DNA from: Patescibacteria group bacterium
GTDB taxonomy: Bacteria > Patescibacteriota > Patescibacteriia > Patescibacteriales > JBAZCA01
Direction: 5' to 3'
Length of the DNA stretch: 64,000 nt
NCBI GenBank assembly: GCA_041661505.1
Contig: JBAZUF010000002.1
Span: 76,201-140,200, forward strand
The position numbers and the translations under genes are program-made. Position 1 is the first letter of the stretch. Every line of letters starts with the position of its first letter. Below the pieces are notes generated by a model, which saw only the letters and a program-made list of their open reading frames with translations, was not told where the DNA came from and did not search any database. This document shows, in pieces, positions 1 through 13,319 of this stretch.

Positions 1-374
1 CCCCCTGGACCCGGGGCATAAAAAAATTATCTTTGCCGATTGCCCACGGCGAAGGCAAATATTTCGCGCAAAAAAAGGTTCTTTCCGGCTTGAATAAATC
101 TTTGGGCCTGGCCGCCCGATATATTAAAGGCGAAATATGCCAATACCAGAACCTGCCGGCTAACCCCAACGGCTCGATAATGGATATTGCCGCGGTATCG
201 GCTTACAACGGCCGGGTGCTCGGAATAATGCCGCATCCGGAAAGGGGTATGTTTTTCCACCACCTTCCCAACTGGCCGCTTAAAAAAGAGAAATTAATCC
301 GGGAGGGAAAGCCGCTTCCGGAATACGGCCCCGGTTTTCAAATTTTCAAAAACGCCGTCAGATATTTTAACTAA
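1..374 (+). CDS. FGAM synthase glutamine amidotransferase domain (PurQ, or C-terminus of a large PurL); 5' end lies outside the window
   Basis: Translation contains PIAHGEGKYF and GIMPHPER, then a W-rich tail ending GPGFQIFKNAVRYF. This resembles the E. coli large-PurL C-terminus. It sits first in a pur cluster. Confidence 0.8.
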   Translation, partial: PWTRGIKKLSLPIAHGEGKYFAQKKVLSGLNKSLGLAARYIKGEICQYQNLPANPNGSIMDIAAVSAYNGRVLGIMPHPERGMFFHHLPNWPLKKEKLIREGKPLPEYGPGFQIFKNAVRYFN

Positions 375-380
375 TATTAT

Positions 381-3232
<2,852 letters not shown>

Positions 3233-3300
3233 CTTTCAAAAACTAAACACTTTATTATAGATATAAAATATTTAATCAGCGCATCGTTCACGCGAGAAAT

Positions 3301-4698
3301 ATGAGAGAGTTAAACGAAAAATGCGGAGTATTTGGAATTTACGGCCGGGAATTGGATGTTTCCCGCCTGACTTTTTATGGACTTTTCGCGCTCCAGCATA
3401 GGGGCCAGGAATCGTCCGGCATCGCCACTTCAGACGGCCAGGAAATTGACTCATATAAAGACACTGGCCTGGTAACCCACGTCTACAATGAACGCATTAT
3501 CAAAAGCTTAAGAGGCCATATCGCGGTCGGCCACAACCGCTACTCAACTTCCGAGGGCACCGGCCTGGCGCACGCCCATCCGATAGTAATTGACCACAAG
3601 CTGGCTTTGGTGCATAACGGCAATTTGCCTTCAGTTACCGCCCTGATTGAATTTTTAAAAGACAAGGGCGTCGAAACCCAGGGCTGTTCGGATTCGGAAC
3701 TAATGGCTTACGCGATCGCCTGGTATTTAGATCAGGGGAAAAATTTGGAAGAGGCAGTTTTAGCTGCCTTTCCTTTATTTACGGGGGCTTTTTCCGCTTT
3801 AGCGATGACTTGCGATTCGCTCGTTGCTTTCCGCGACCAGTGCGGTATCCGGCCATTTTCCTTAGGCCGGCTGAATGGCGGATACGTTTTTGCCTCGGAA
3901 ACTTGCGCTTTCAAACTTATCGGTGCCGAATTTTTAAGAGAAATTAATCCCGGGGAAATAGTCGCTGTGTCTGAAGGCGGCTTGAAATCAATCCAGGCGG
4001 CGCCGTCCAATCCAAAAATCGACATTTTCGAATTTGTATATTTTTCCCGGCCGGATTCGGAAATTTGCGGCAAGCTGATTTACGAAGTCCGGCGAAATTG
4101 CGGCTTGACGCTCGCTAAAGAAAACCCGCTTGAAGCCGATATAGTCATTCCGGTTCCCGAAACCGCTATCCCGGTCGCTATCGGCTATTCCAAAGGCACC
4201 GGCATTCCTTTTGAAATGGGGCTAATCAAAAATCGCTATGTCCACCGCACTTTTATCGAACCGGACCAGCATACCCGCGACCTGGGTGTCCAGATGAAAC
4301 TAATCCCTTTAGCCAATGTGCTTAGGGGCAAGCGAGTGGTAGTAATCGACGACTCGATTGTCCGGGGAACGACTACCCAAAAACTTACCCAAGCCTTGTT
4401 CGACGCCGGCGCCAAAGAAGTCCATATGATTATTTCTTCTCCGCCGGTTAAATATCCGGATTTTTACGGCATTGATACGCCAAAGCAGGAGAAATTAATC
4501 GCTTCGAAAAAAACCGTTCCGCAAATCCGGGAATTTTTAGGCGCCACTTCCCTTTACTATTTATCCTTAGCCGGACTCATCGAATCCATCGGATTGCCGG
4601 CCGATAATTTTTCCACCTCCTGCTTTACCGGAATTTACCCGATAGACTTAAAAGAGCGCGCCAAAGATTACCGGCATCCGAGTTCATCCCTTGTATAA
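3301..4698 (+). CDS. purF: amidophosphoribosyltransferase
   Basis: Ntn-type CGVFGIYG after a short propeptide, plus a PRTase motif (VVVIDDSIVRGTT). Confidence 0.95.
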   Translation: MRELNEKCGVFGIYGRELDVSRLTFYGLFALQHRGQESSGIATSDGQEIDSYKDTGLVTHVYNERIIKSLRGHIAVGHNRYSTSEGTGLAHAHPIVIDHKLALVHNGNLPSVTALIEFLKDKGVETQGCSDSELMAYAIAWYLDQGKNLEEAVLAAFPLFTGAFSALAMTCDSLVAFRDQCGIRPFSLGRLNGGYVFASETCAFKLIGAEFLREINPGEIVAVSEGGLKSIQAAPSNPKIDIFEFVYFSRPDSEICGKLIYEVRRNCGLTLAKENPLEADIVIPVPETAIPVAIGYSKGTGIPFEMGLIKNRYVHRTFIEPDQHTRDLGVQMKLIPLANVLRGKRVVVIDDSIVRGTTTQKLTQALFDAGAKEVHMIISSPPVKYPDFYGIDTPKQEKLIASKKTVPQIREFLGATSLYYLSLAGLIESIGLPADNFSTSCFTGIYPIDLKERAKDYRHPSSSLV

Positions 4699-4710
4699 AA
4701 AATATTAAAT

Positions 4711-5433
4711 ATGAAGATAGCAATGCTCATTTCCGGCGGCGGAACGACGATGGCCTCGATTATCACTGCCGCAAAAGAAGGTCGGCTAAAAAACATCCTT
4801 CCGGCATTAGTAATTGCTTCGAGGCCTGAAGCGGGCGGCATTGAAAAAGCTTTGAACCTTGGAATTTCCAAAGAGGACATAGTGGTAATTCGGCCGAAAG
4901 ATTTTCTAACGCGGGAAGAGTTCGGCCGAAAGATAATTGATGAGTGTAAAAAACGCGGTGTTGAATTTATCGGCCAATACGGCTGGCTGCCCTTAACGCC
5001 GGCGAATGTAGTAAAAGAATATGAAGGCATGATCATTAACCAGCATCCGGTTCCCCTAGATCCCGGCCGACCCGATTTCGGCGGCAAAGGCATACATGGC
5101 CGGGCGGCAGTCTGTGCCCGGCTTCTCTTCGTAAAAAAAACCAACCGCGATTGGTGGAACGAAACTATTGCCCACAGGGTAGAAGAAGAGTATGACAAGG
5201 GCGCGGTAGTGAAAGCGTTACGGGTACCTATCCTGACCGACGACACCGTGGAATCCCTTTATAATGAAAGAATTTTTCCATCTGAGTATAAAACGCAAAT
5301 TCAAACTTTGCAGGACTTTGCGGACGGAACAGTTAAAGAAATAGTGCGAACCGAGCCTTTAGTAAAACCGGAGGAATACGGGATTTTGGAACAATGCAAA
5401 AAGGAAGCGATTGAATTATATCCGCACGGATAG
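4711..5433 (+). CDS. purN: phosphoribosylglycinamide formyltransferase-like (divergent, with C-terminal extension)
   Basis: Formyltransferase N-terminal pattern MKIAMLISGGGTT, and INQHP in place of the usual N-x-HPSLLP. pur-cluster context. Confidence 0.7.
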   Translation: MKIAMLISGGGTTMASIITAAKEGRLKNILPALVIASRPEAGGIEKALNLGISKEDIVVIRPKDFLTREEFGRKIIDECKKRGVEFIGQYGWLPLTPANVVKEYEGMIINQHPVPLDPGRPDFGGKGIHGRAAVCARLLFVKKTNRDWWNETIAHRVEEEYDKGAVVKALRVPILTDDTVESLYNERIFPSEYKTQIQTLQDFADGTVKEIVRTEPLVKPEEYGILEQCKKEAIELYPHG

Positions 5434-5439
5434 AAGTTA

Positions 5440-5609
5440 AAATAATTTCTGTCCGCTCGCAAAGAGAAAAATTTAGGATTTTAAATAAAATTTACGGACA
5501 AATTTTCAAACTCCCCGCCCTAGGCGGATCAAACAGTGAAAATTTGTTGCCTCAATTTTATTTAAAATCTAATCTAAATTTTTCTAATGCTCGCATTCAG
5601 AAATTATTT
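5440..5609. repeat. about 170-bp imperfect palindrome (long hairpin or MITE-like) in the purN-purD spacer
   Basis: AAATAATTTCTG (5440-5451) pairs with CAGAAATTATTT (5598-5609). Internal arm blocks also match in inverted order: AGAAAAATTTAG, GATTTTAAATAAAATT, ACAAATTTTCA. The centre is CCGCC-CTA-GGCGG (5515-5527). Confidence 0.8.
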
Positions 5610-5623
5610 AAACAAGAAACAAT

Positions 5624-6898
5624 ATGGCAAAAGTACTAATAATCGGTGGAGGAGGTAGGGAACACGCGATTGCCTGGAAATTAAAGCAGTCGCCGAAAGT
5701 CGATAAAATTTATATCGCGCCGGGAAATGCCGGTACGGCCGCCTTAGGTGAAAACGTAGCCTTAGCTTCGACCGACCTTCAGGGCCTCGTTAAATTCGCG
5801 AACGAAAATAATATTGACTTAACGGTAGTCGGCCAGGATGACCCTTTGGCTTTAGGCGTAGTGGACGCTTTCCAGGAGGCGGGATTAAAAATATGGGGAC
5901 CGACAAAAGCGGCCGCGCAAATCGAAGCTTCAAAAGCTTTTGCCAAAGACTTAATGGCCAGGCAAAAAATTCCTACGGCCGAGTATAAGACTTTCACTGA
6001 TTATGACGCGGCCTTTAAATATATAAACGAAAAAGGGGCGCCAATCGTTATAAAAGCCTCTGGTCTAGCCCTTGGCAAAGGCGTAACTGTTTGCCAGACC
6101 CTGGAACAGGCCGAAAAGGCGCTAAAAGAATCAATGGTTGATAAAGTTTTTGGCGAATCAGGTGCTACGGTGGTAATAGAAGAATGTTTAACCGGCCCGG
6201 AGTTTTCGGTCCATGCTTTTTGCGACGGAAAGAACTACAAGCTTTTCCCGACTGCCCAGGACCATAAGCCGGTTTTTGACGACGGTAAGGGGCCGAATAC
6301 CGGGGGCATGGGTACAATCGCGCCCGTGCCGTGGGTAACTCTGGAAATGATGGATAAAGTCGCGAAGCAGGTGGTCGAGCCGATCTTGGAAGGCTTAAAA
6401 AATGCCGGAGCGCCGTTTGTCGGGTTGATTTATCCCGGGATGATGGAAACTAAAGACGGATCAAAAGTCATTGAATTCAATTGCCGCTTAGGCGATCCGG
6501 AAACTCAAAGTTATATAAGACTACTAAAAACTGACTTGTATGACATATTTGAAGCGTCGGTGAACGGCAAACTGGCAGAAATGGAAATCGAATGGTATCC
6601 GGGCTTTGCCTGTTGCGTTGCCTTAGCCTCGGGCGGTTATCCGGGACCATATGAAAAAGGTAAAGAAATTACTGGGATTGAAGAGGCGGAAAAGATGGCC
6701 GACGTAATTGTTTTCCATGCCGGATCAAAACTGGATAACGGACGGGTGCTGACGAACGGCGGAAGAGTGCTCGGGGTAACGGCCACGGCCGATACTTTGC
6801 GCGGCGCCTTAGATAAAGCTTATGTGGCCATAAAGTTAATAAACTTCGAAGGCATGCATTACCGAACGGATATCGGGAAGAAATCATTAGAATCCTAA
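5624..6898 (+). CDS. purD: phosphoribosylamine-glycine ligase
   Basis: 424 aa ATP-grasp protein. Start MAKVLIIGGGGREHAIAWKL is typical of PurD. Confidence 0.95.
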   Translation: MAKVLIIGGGGREHAIAWKLKQSPKVDKIYIAPGNAGTAALGENVALASTDLQGLVKFANENNIDLTVVGQDDPLALGVVDAFQEAGLKIWGPTKAAAQIEASKAFAKDLMARQKIPTAEYKTFTDYDAAFKYINEKGAPIVIKASGLALGKGVTVCQTLEQAEKALKESMVDKVFGESGATVVIEECLTGPEFSVHAFCDGKNYKLFPTAQDHKPVFDDGKGPNTGGMGTIAPVPWVTLEMMDKVAKQVVEPILEGLKNAGAPFVGLIYPGMMETKDGSKVIEFNCRLGDPETQSYIRLLKTDLYDIFEASVNGKLAEMEIEWYPGFACCVALASGGYPGPYEKGKEITGIEEAEKMADVIVFHAGSKLDNGRVLTNGGRVLGVTATADTLRGALDKAYVAIKLINFEGMHYRTDIGKKSLES

Positions 6899-6908
6899 GC
6901 TTAACTTT

Positions 6909-7580
6909 ATGATTAAACTTGTCGCCTTTGACTGGAACGGCACCTTGCTTTCCGATACCCGCGCCTGCTGGGAAGGAGCCAACGAAGAATTAATGGCGGC
7001 TGGCGTAAAGCCGATGAGCCTGCAAAGATACCGGCAGACTTTTACCATTCCTTTCATCGACTGCCTGGTAAAAAACGGGGTGGAGCGAAAGTATGTATTG
7101 AAAAACAGCGAGAAACTATCTAACGCCTTTCATAGCTATTATGAGCCCCGGGCGGCTAAATGCCGGACCCGCGGAGGCGTAAGGGAAGTTCTTGCTTGGT
7201 TGAAAAAAAACCGTATCCAATCCATGATTTATAGTAATCACACTATCGTCGGCATTACCGCCCAGCTTAAAAGATTAAAGATCGGGCATCACATGGACGT
7301 AGTTTTAGCAAACGGAACGAAACAAGGGGCGCTGCATAAAAAAGGTAAAGGGCAAAAATTAAATGATTATGTCAAACGGCATAAGTTAAAACCAAGCGAA
7401 GTAATTTCGGTCGGTGACACAGAAGAAGAAATTGAAATCGGCAAACACTACGGTTATCATACTGTCGCCATAACCGGCGGCTATAATACTATTGCCCGGC
7501 TTAAAAAACATAAACCGGATTTTTTAATCCATAACATGAAAGAGTTGATCGGAATTATTAATAAATTAAATAGAAAATAG
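6909..7580 (+). CDS. HAD-superfamily hydrolase (phosphatase-like)
   Basis: Motif I variant LVAFDWNGTL and late motif VGDTEEEIEIG. Embedded in the pur cluster. Confidence 0.75.
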   Translation: MIKLVAFDWNGTLLSDTRACWEGANEELMAAGVKPMSLQRYRQTFTIPFIDCLVKNGVERKYVLKNSEKLSNAFHSYYEPRAAKCRTRGGVREVLAWLKKNRIQSMIYSNHTIVGITAQLKRLKIGHHMDVVLANGTKQGALHKKGKGQKLNDYVKRHKLKPSEVISVGDTEEEIEIGKHYGYHTVAITGGYNTIARLKKHKPDFLIHNMKELIGIINKLNRK

Positions 7581-7596
7581 AATTTTCAAAAATATT

Positions 7597-8088
7597 ATGA
7601 AACCACTTGTCGGTATATTAATGGGGTCTGATTCTGACTTGGGCGTGATGCAGGAAGCGGCAAAAGTACTGAAAGAATTCGGCGTGGGTTATGAAATAAC
7701 GGTCTGTTCGGCCCATAGGACGCCGGACCGGGCGCATCAGTATGCCGCGACAGCTCATGCCCGCGGTCTGAAAGTTATTATTGCCGGAGCCGGAGGAGCG
7801 GCGCACTTAGCTGGAGTGATTGCGGCTTCAACAGTGTTGCCAGTTATTGGCGTGCCGATCCATTCAAAATTGGATGGCCTTGATTCCTTACTTTCAACAC
7901 TGCAAATGCCGTCCGGCATTCCGGTCGCGACCGTAGCGATCGACGGCGCGAAAAACGCGGGGATACTGGCGGTGGAGATTTTAGCCACTTCAGATGATGG
8001 ACTGACAAAAAAGCTGGTGGAATACAAAAAGAAAATGGCGGACGCGGTAGACATGAAGGCCAAAAATTTGAAAAAAAAGATTAAATAA
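7597..8088 (+). CDS. purE: N5-CAIR mutase (class I PurE-like)
   Basis: 163 aa with GSDSDL and AGAGGAAHLAGV...LPVIGVP motifs. Confidence 0.9.
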   Translation: MKPLVGILMGSDSDLGVMQEAAKVLKEFGVGYEITVCSAHRTPDRAHQYAATAHARGLKVIIAGAGGAAHLAGVIAASTVLPVIGVPIHSKLDGLDSLLSTLQMPSGIPVATVAIDGAKNAGILAVEILATSDDGLTKKLVEYKKKMADAVDMKAKNLKKKIK

Positions 8089-8094
8089 TAATTT

Positions 8095-9210
8095 ATGCAA
8101 AAATCCGAATACGCGAAATCAGGAGTGGATTATACCGTTATGGAGCCGTTTAAGATGGCTATGATTGAAACCGGAAAAAAAACCTTGCACTTTCCCGAGA
8201 AGCGGGGAGTATATATCGTGAAAGACGCTATCCACGCCCACGGCGCGGTTTTCGAATACCGGGGAAAAGACCAGCCGATCTGGTGCAAAACCCAGGAAGA
8301 CTTAGGCAATAAGAACTGGATTGCCGAGTGGATGTATCAAAACACCGGTAAAACTTATTACGATTCGATCGCGATTGACACAGCTCTCATCGTCGTAAAC
8401 GACGTAATTGCCCAGGGCGCTATGCCGGTAGTTTTTAATGACCAGCTCGAAGCGTCGGGAAGCGAATGGTATGGCGACGAGAAACGGGCTAAGGATTTTG
8501 CCGCCGGATTACTAAAAATCTGCGAAGAAGTCGGGATGGCTTTACCGGCCGGCGAATCAGCCAGCTGTAAATATTTAATCAACCCCACTCCTCCGGTTAA
8601 GGAAATTGCGACTTTATCCGGTTCAGTGACCGGAATAATCGCGCCCAGGGAAAATTTAATAACCGGCCGGGACTTAGGGGCCGGAGACCATATTATTGCC
8701 GTTGCCTCTTCGGGCCTGCACGCCAACGGAATTTCCCTGGTCATAAGAAAGGCTCTGGAAATGCCGGAACAATTTTTAACCAAACTGCCTAATGGAAAAA
8801 CCCTTGGCGAGGAAGCTTTGATTCCAACCCGCTCTTACGTTAAGCTAATTGAAACTTTACTGGAAAACAAAGTAAAAATAAACGCCCTGCTTCCGGGCAC
8901 TGGCGACGGCGTCGGGAAAATCGCCTTTGATAAGCGCCCCTTAACTTATCGTCTCCATTCCTGGCTATCGATTCCTCCTTTGATGCAATATTTTCGGGAA
9001 ACTCTGGGTGTGCCGATGAAAGATTGCCTAAAAACTTTTAATTGGGGAGCGGGCTATTATATTTATGCCTCACCTGATCAGATAAAACAGATTTTGGAAA
9101 TCGGAAAAGAAGCCGGATACGAATTAGCTGATGTCGGAGTAGTTGAAGAAGGAAAAAGGCAGGTAATTTTTGAACCGGAAAATATAACTTTAGCGCCGCC
9201 GGGAGAATAA
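8095..9210 (+). CDS. purM: AIR synthase-related protein (divergent PurM)
   Basis: N-terminus YAKSGVDY (compare YKDAGVDI) and PurM-like length. The usual DGVGTK is replaced by QEDLGNK. pur context. Confidence 0.65.
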   Translation: MQKSEYAKSGVDYTVMEPFKMAMIETGKKTLHFPEKRGVYIVKDAIHAHGAVFEYRGKDQPIWCKTQEDLGNKNWIAEWMYQNTGKTYYDSIAIDTALIVVNDVIAQGAMPVVFNDQLEASGSEWYGDEKRAKDFAAGLLKICEEVGMALPAGESASCKYLINPTPPVKEIATLSGSVTGIIAPRENLITGRDLGAGDHIIAVASSGLHANGISLVIRKALEMPEQFLTKLPNGKTLGEEALIPTRSYVKLIETLLENKVKINALLPGTGDGVGKIAFDKRPLTYRLHSWLSIPPLMQYFRETLGVPMKDCLKTFNWGAGYYIYASPDQIKQILEIGKEAGYELADVGVVEEGKRQVIFEPENITLAPPGE

Positions 9211-9230
9211 TTTTATTATAAATATTGGCT

Positions 9231-10199
9231 ATGGATAAAAGCGTAATCGAAAAAAATTTAAACAAGGTATTGGACCAAACCGATTTTAAAAATTTAGGCG
9301 AAAGGCGGCAGGGAAAAGCGAGGGATATTTACACCCAGCCGGATAAGATAATATTAATTGCCACTGACCGCTATTCAGCCTTTGATTACCGGAATCTGGC
9401 TCTTATCCCCTTTAAAGGCGAGGTCTTAACTCAAACCAGCCGCTGGTGGTTTGAGCGGACGGCTGACATCGTGCCTAATCATGTTATTGATTTTCCCGAT
9501 CCAAGAGTGGTAGTAGCCAAAAAATGCCGGGTTATACCTTTAGAAATGGTTGTCCGCGGCTATATTTGCGGAGTGACCGACACTTCTCTCTGGACGCACT
9601 ACCAAAAAGGCAAAAGGGATTTCGGAGATTTTATTTTGTCGGACGGAATGGTCAAAAACCAAAAACTGGAAAATCCGGTTTTAACCCCAACCACTAAATC
9701 AGAAGAGCACGACCGGCCGATTTCGGCCAAAGAAATTTTTGATGAAGGGATTGTTAGCGAAGAAGTGTGGAAAAAAATATCCTCGGCGTCCGTTAAGCTG
9801 TATGAGCGCGGCCTTAAGCTGGCTAACGAAAGAGGGTTAATACTGGTTGATACCAAATATGAATTCGGCATGGATGAGGAGGGAAATGTTATGCTAATTG
9901 ATGAAATCCATACGCCGGACTCGTCCAGGTATTGGAAACTTAATACTTATAATGAAAGGTTCAGCGCCGGCCTTGAACCGGAATATTTTGACAAGGAGTT
10001 TTTAAGGCTTTGGTTTAAAGCCAATTGCGATCCGTATAATGATCCGGTTCTGCCTAAGGCGCCGGATGAGTTAGTAGCGGAAATTTCTTCCCGCTATATA
10101 CAAATTTACGAGCAGATTAGCGGAGAGCAGTATAAAACCGATATAAAGACCCCGATTTTAGAAAGAATAGAAAAGAATCTTTCCGCCTACAGAATTTGA
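9231..10199 (+). CDS. purC: SAICAR synthase (long form)
   Basis: SAICAR synthetase-like sequence (GKARDIY...LIATDRYSAFD). ATG at 9231; the ORF track starts at TTG 9225. Ends in TGA. Confidence 0.9.
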   Translation: MDKSVIEKNLNKVLDQTDFKNLGERRQGKARDIYTQPDKIILIATDRYSAFDYRNLALIPFKGEVLTQTSRWWFERTADIVPNHVIDFPDPRVVVAKKCRVIPLEMVVRGYICGVTDTSLWTHYQKGKRDFGDFILSDGMVKNQKLENPVLTPTTKSEEHDRPISAKEIFDEGIVSEEVWKKISSASVKLYERGLKLANERGLILVDTKYEFGMDEEGNVMLIDEIHTPDSSRYWKLNTYNERFSAGLEPEYFDKEFLRLWFKANCDPYNDPVLPKAPDELVAEISSRYIQIYEQISGEQYKTDIKTPILERIEKNLSAYRI

Positions 10200-10247
10200 A
10201 TTTCTTCACTAACATAATCTAGCGCCTCTAAGCGCATTATTAAATTT

Positions 10248-11639
10248 ATGAAATCTTTGCAAAATATTTCACCGGTTGACGGACGCTACAAGAAATACAC
10301 GGAAGCTCTTGCGCCGTATTTCAGCGAATACGCCTTATCAAAATATAAAGTACTGATGGAGTGCGAATATTTAATCGCTTTGTCGGAGACGCCGGGAATA
10401 AAAATGCGCGCCTTTTCCGGGAGCGAAAAAGCGCTCATAAGAAAGCTCTATAATGATTTTAGTCTGGAAGACGCCCAAATTATCAATGACATCGAGCTAA
10501 AAGGCTATAAAAATATTAAAGCTACTAACCACGACTTTAAAGCCATTGAGTATTTTCTAAAAGAAAAACTGGGGAAGACCAGCCTGAAAGATTCGCTCGA
10601 ATGGATTCATTTTGGTTTGACTTCGGAAGACGCGAATAATATCGCTTACGGCTTAATGATTAGCGAGAGTCTGAAAGAGGTGATGATTCCGGCTTTGGAA
10701 AAAGTGATTATAGAGATTAAGGGATTGGTTAGGGCCGGCAAAGACGCTCCGATCCTCGCCCGGACGCACGGCCAGCCGGCATCGCCGACTACCTTTGGGA
10801 AAGAGTTTAAAGTTTTCGAGGCGCGCCTTAAAAGCGTGTTCGATAAAATAAAGAGTCAGCGGGTAATGTCTAAATTAAACGGCGCGACCGGAAACTATAA
10901 TGCCCTGGTAGCGGCTTTCCCGAAAATCGACTGGATTAAATTTTCGCGGAATTTTATCGGGAAGCTAAATAAGCAAAGAAAAACTAACCTGGTAGTAAAT
11001 TTATTTACTACCCAAATCGAATCGCATGACAGTTATGCCGAGCTTTTCAATATGGTGCGGAGGGTGAATACGATATTAATTGATCTGGACCAGGATATTT
11101 GGCGCTATATTTCTGACGGCTGGCTTGGGCAAAAACAAGTGGCCGGAGAAATCGGCTCATCCACTATGCCCCATAAAATCAATCCTATTTTTGTTGAAAA
11201 TAGCGAAGGCAATTTAGGAATGGCTAACGCAATGCTTGATTTTTTTTCCATGAAGCTCCCGATTTCGCGCCTGCAAAGAGACCTTTCCGACTCCACAGTG
11301 CTTCGGAATATCGGCGCGGCCTTTGGGCACTGCCTTATCGGTTATAAATACTTAGGCCGTCAACTGGAACGGATTGTCATAAATAAGGATAAGGCCTTGG
11401 CTGATTTGGATAGCCACCCGGAAGTGATTGCCGAAGCGATCCAAACCATACTTCGGCGCGAAGGGGCGAGCATGCCTTATGAAAAATTAAAAGCTTTGAC
11501 CCGGGGAAAAGAAGTGGCCTTGAAAGATTTTCAAGAATTCATAGACGGCCTCGAAATATCCGGCGAGGTCAAAATTGAATTAAAAAAAATCCGGCCGGAA
11601 AATTATCTCGGGCTGGCGAAAAAATTGTCGAAGATTTAA
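10248..11639 (+). CDS. purB: adenylosuccinate lyase
   Basis: Fumarate-lyase signature GSSTMPHKINP; 463 aa. Confidence 0.95.
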   Translation: MKSLQNISPVDGRYKKYTEALAPYFSEYALSKYKVLMECEYLIALSETPGIKMRAFSGSEKALIRKLYNDFSLEDAQIINDIELKGYKNIKATNHDFKAIEYFLKEKLGKTSLKDSLEWIHFGLTSEDANNIAYGLMISESLKEVMIPALEKVIIEIKGLVRAGKDAPILARTHGQPASPTTFGKEFKVFEARLKSVFDKIKSQRVMSKLNGATGNYNALVAAFPKIDWIKFSRNFIGKLNKQRKTNLVVNLFTTQIESHDSYAELFNMVRRVNTILIDLDQDIWRYISDGWLGQKQVAGEIGSSTMPHKINPIFVENSEGNLGMANAMLDFFSMKLPISRLQRDLSDSTVLRNIGAAFGHCLIGYKYLGRQLERIVINKDKALADLDSHPEVIAEAIQTILRREGASMPYEKLKALTRGKEVALKDFQEFIDGLEISGEVKIELKKIRPENYLGLAKKLSKI

Positions 11640-11654
11640 GAGAATAGAAACGAA

Positions 11655-11728
11655 GGACAATTAGCTCAGTTGGTTAGAGCGCACGCTTCACACGCGTGAG
11701 GCCGGAGGTTCGAGCCCTCCATTGTCCA
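11655..11728 (+). tRNA. tRNA-Val (anticodon CAC)
   Basis: Hand-folded cloverleaf: acceptor GGACAAT/ATTGTCC, anticodon loop TTCACAC, T-arm GGAGG-TTCGAGC-CCTCC. No encoded CCA. Confidence 0.9.
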
Positions 11729-11780
11729 CTATTATTTTCTTTTCTTGATCCTTCTCCGGTCTTTAAAAAAAGGAGTTGCC

Positions 11781-12395
11781 ATGACTTATAAAATATTCAG
11801 GGCGGTCGGTAATCGGTGCGCGGTTATTCTCGGATGCCTGGGTCTTCATCTCTCTGACAGCGAAGCCCTGGAACAGCTTCGCTTAAAAGGCTTCAAAAAA
11901 GTGGAAGTGGACCTTATAAGCCTGGCCCGGCAATGTATTGGCAAAAGCCAATTCGTCCGGGGCGCGAAGATGTGCCTGGCGCCGGAAATCATTGATTGCG
12001 CCAGTTTTACCAAATGGCTTTATGCTCACCTAGGCATTTGGCTGCCGCGGCGTTCAGTCCAGCAGAGGGACTTTGGATTTCCTATCGAGCTCAAATACAT
12101 AGTCGCCAATGACCTGATTTTTACAACCGGCATAAAAAACTATAACAACGGCAATGACGGACACCGGATAGGACACGTCGGTATTGCGACCGGCGAGGGA
12201 ACGATAGTCCACGCCGCAAGTAAAGAGCTAGGAATTATAGAGAGCCCCATCGAGAGCTTTGTAATTGAGGTCAAGTTCCGGGGAATCCGCCGCTATCTGC
12301 CAAAAGGTCTGCCGGTAATTACATTTGAAATTCCACCCGAAATTGAAGTCGAAACTTCTGACGACATAAAGTGGCTTTTGATGCCAGCTTCTTGA
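11781..12395 (+). CDS. NlpC/P60 (C40) family peptidase
   Basis: Catalytic Cys context DCASFTKWLY and His context GHVGIATGEGTIVHA. AAAGGAG lies 5 nt upstream of ATG 11781. Confidence 0.8.
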   Translation: MTYKIFRAVGNRCAVILGCLGLHLSDSEALEQLRLKGFKKVEVDLISLARQCIGKSQFVRGAKMCLAPEIIDCASFTKWLYAHLGIWLPRRSVQQRDFGFPIELKYIVANDLIFTTGIKNYNNGNDGHRIGHVGIATGEGTIVHAASKELGIIESPIESFVIEVKFRGIRRYLPKGLPVITFEIPPEIEVETSDDIKWLLMPAS

Positions 12396-12423
12396 CCGAC
12401 CGTATCAGCAAAAAACCCAATAC

Positions 12424-12452
12424 AAAACGAGGATTTATCACCCTCGTTTTTT
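12424..12452. terminator. bidirectional rho-independent terminator between convergent genes
   Basis: AAAACGAGG-loop-CCTCGTTTT with flanking A and T runs. Confidence 0.7.
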
Positions 12453-12464
12453 CTATCTAATCTA

Positions 12465-13043
12465 TTATTTAGTTATCACTTTATCAATCAGCCCGTACTT
12501 CTTCGCTTCTTCCACGTTCATAAAATTATCCCGGTCCGTATCCTTTTCAATCGTCGCGAGTTTTTGGCCGGTATGGGTAGCTAAAATATTATTCAAGCGG
12601 TCTTTTAATCTTAAAATCCGTTCCGCTCCGATCTTGATATCCGTGGCCTGCCCCTCAATTCCGCCCATGATTTGGTGGATCATAATTTCCGAATTAGGCA
12701 GGGCAAATCTTTTTCCTTTAGCTCCGGCGGCGAGTAGAAACGCACCCATCGAAGCGGCTAAGCCGACACAGATCGTCGAGACATCCGGCTTGATATATTG
12801 CATAGTGTCGTAAATCGCGAGTCCTGACGAAACCGAACCGCCCGGAGAGTTAATATAGAATTTAATTTCCTTTTCCTGGTCTTGGGCGGCTAAAAATAAA
12901 AGCTGGGCGATTACGATATTAGCGACATGGTCGTTAATCGGCTCGCCTAAGAAAATTATCCGGTCTTTTAAAAGCCGGGAATAGATATCATAGGCTCGTT
13001 CGCCATGGGTTGATTTTTCGATTACGGTTGGTATTAATGGCAT
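12465..13043 (-). CDS. clpP: ATP-dependent Clp protease proteolytic subunit
   Basis: 192 aa with a typical ClpP sequence, including [14 protein letters not shown] (active-site Ser). Confidence 0.95.
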   Translation of the reverse strand: MPLIPTVIEKSTHGERAYDIYSRLLKDRIIFLGEPINDHVANIVIAQLLFLAAQDQEKEIKFYINSPGGSVSSGLAIYDTMQYIKPDVSTICVGLAASMGAFLLAAGAKGKRFALPNSEIMIHQIMGGIEGQATDIKIGAERILRLKDRLNNILATHTGQKLATIEKDTDRDNFMNVEEAKKYGLIDKVITK

Positions 13044-13319
13044 AATTTTTTCTTAAGATTATCTTAGCTTTAGATTATTAAAAACAAATTAACTGTCCCA
13101 GTAAATACGCAAAAAACCTAAACATTCTTCTTTTAAGACTTTACCTCACCTGCGGCTACTTGTCAAAACTGTCGAAAAATTGTACTAAGAATTGCAAAAA
13201 AAATCATTTTGGTTTATATTAATAGTACAGCTTGAAGTGGCAGCTATTTTATCAGCTGATTTTTTTATAGCAATTTTATAGCGTTCATTCAAATTATATA
13301 TATTCTTACTTTTGGCATT

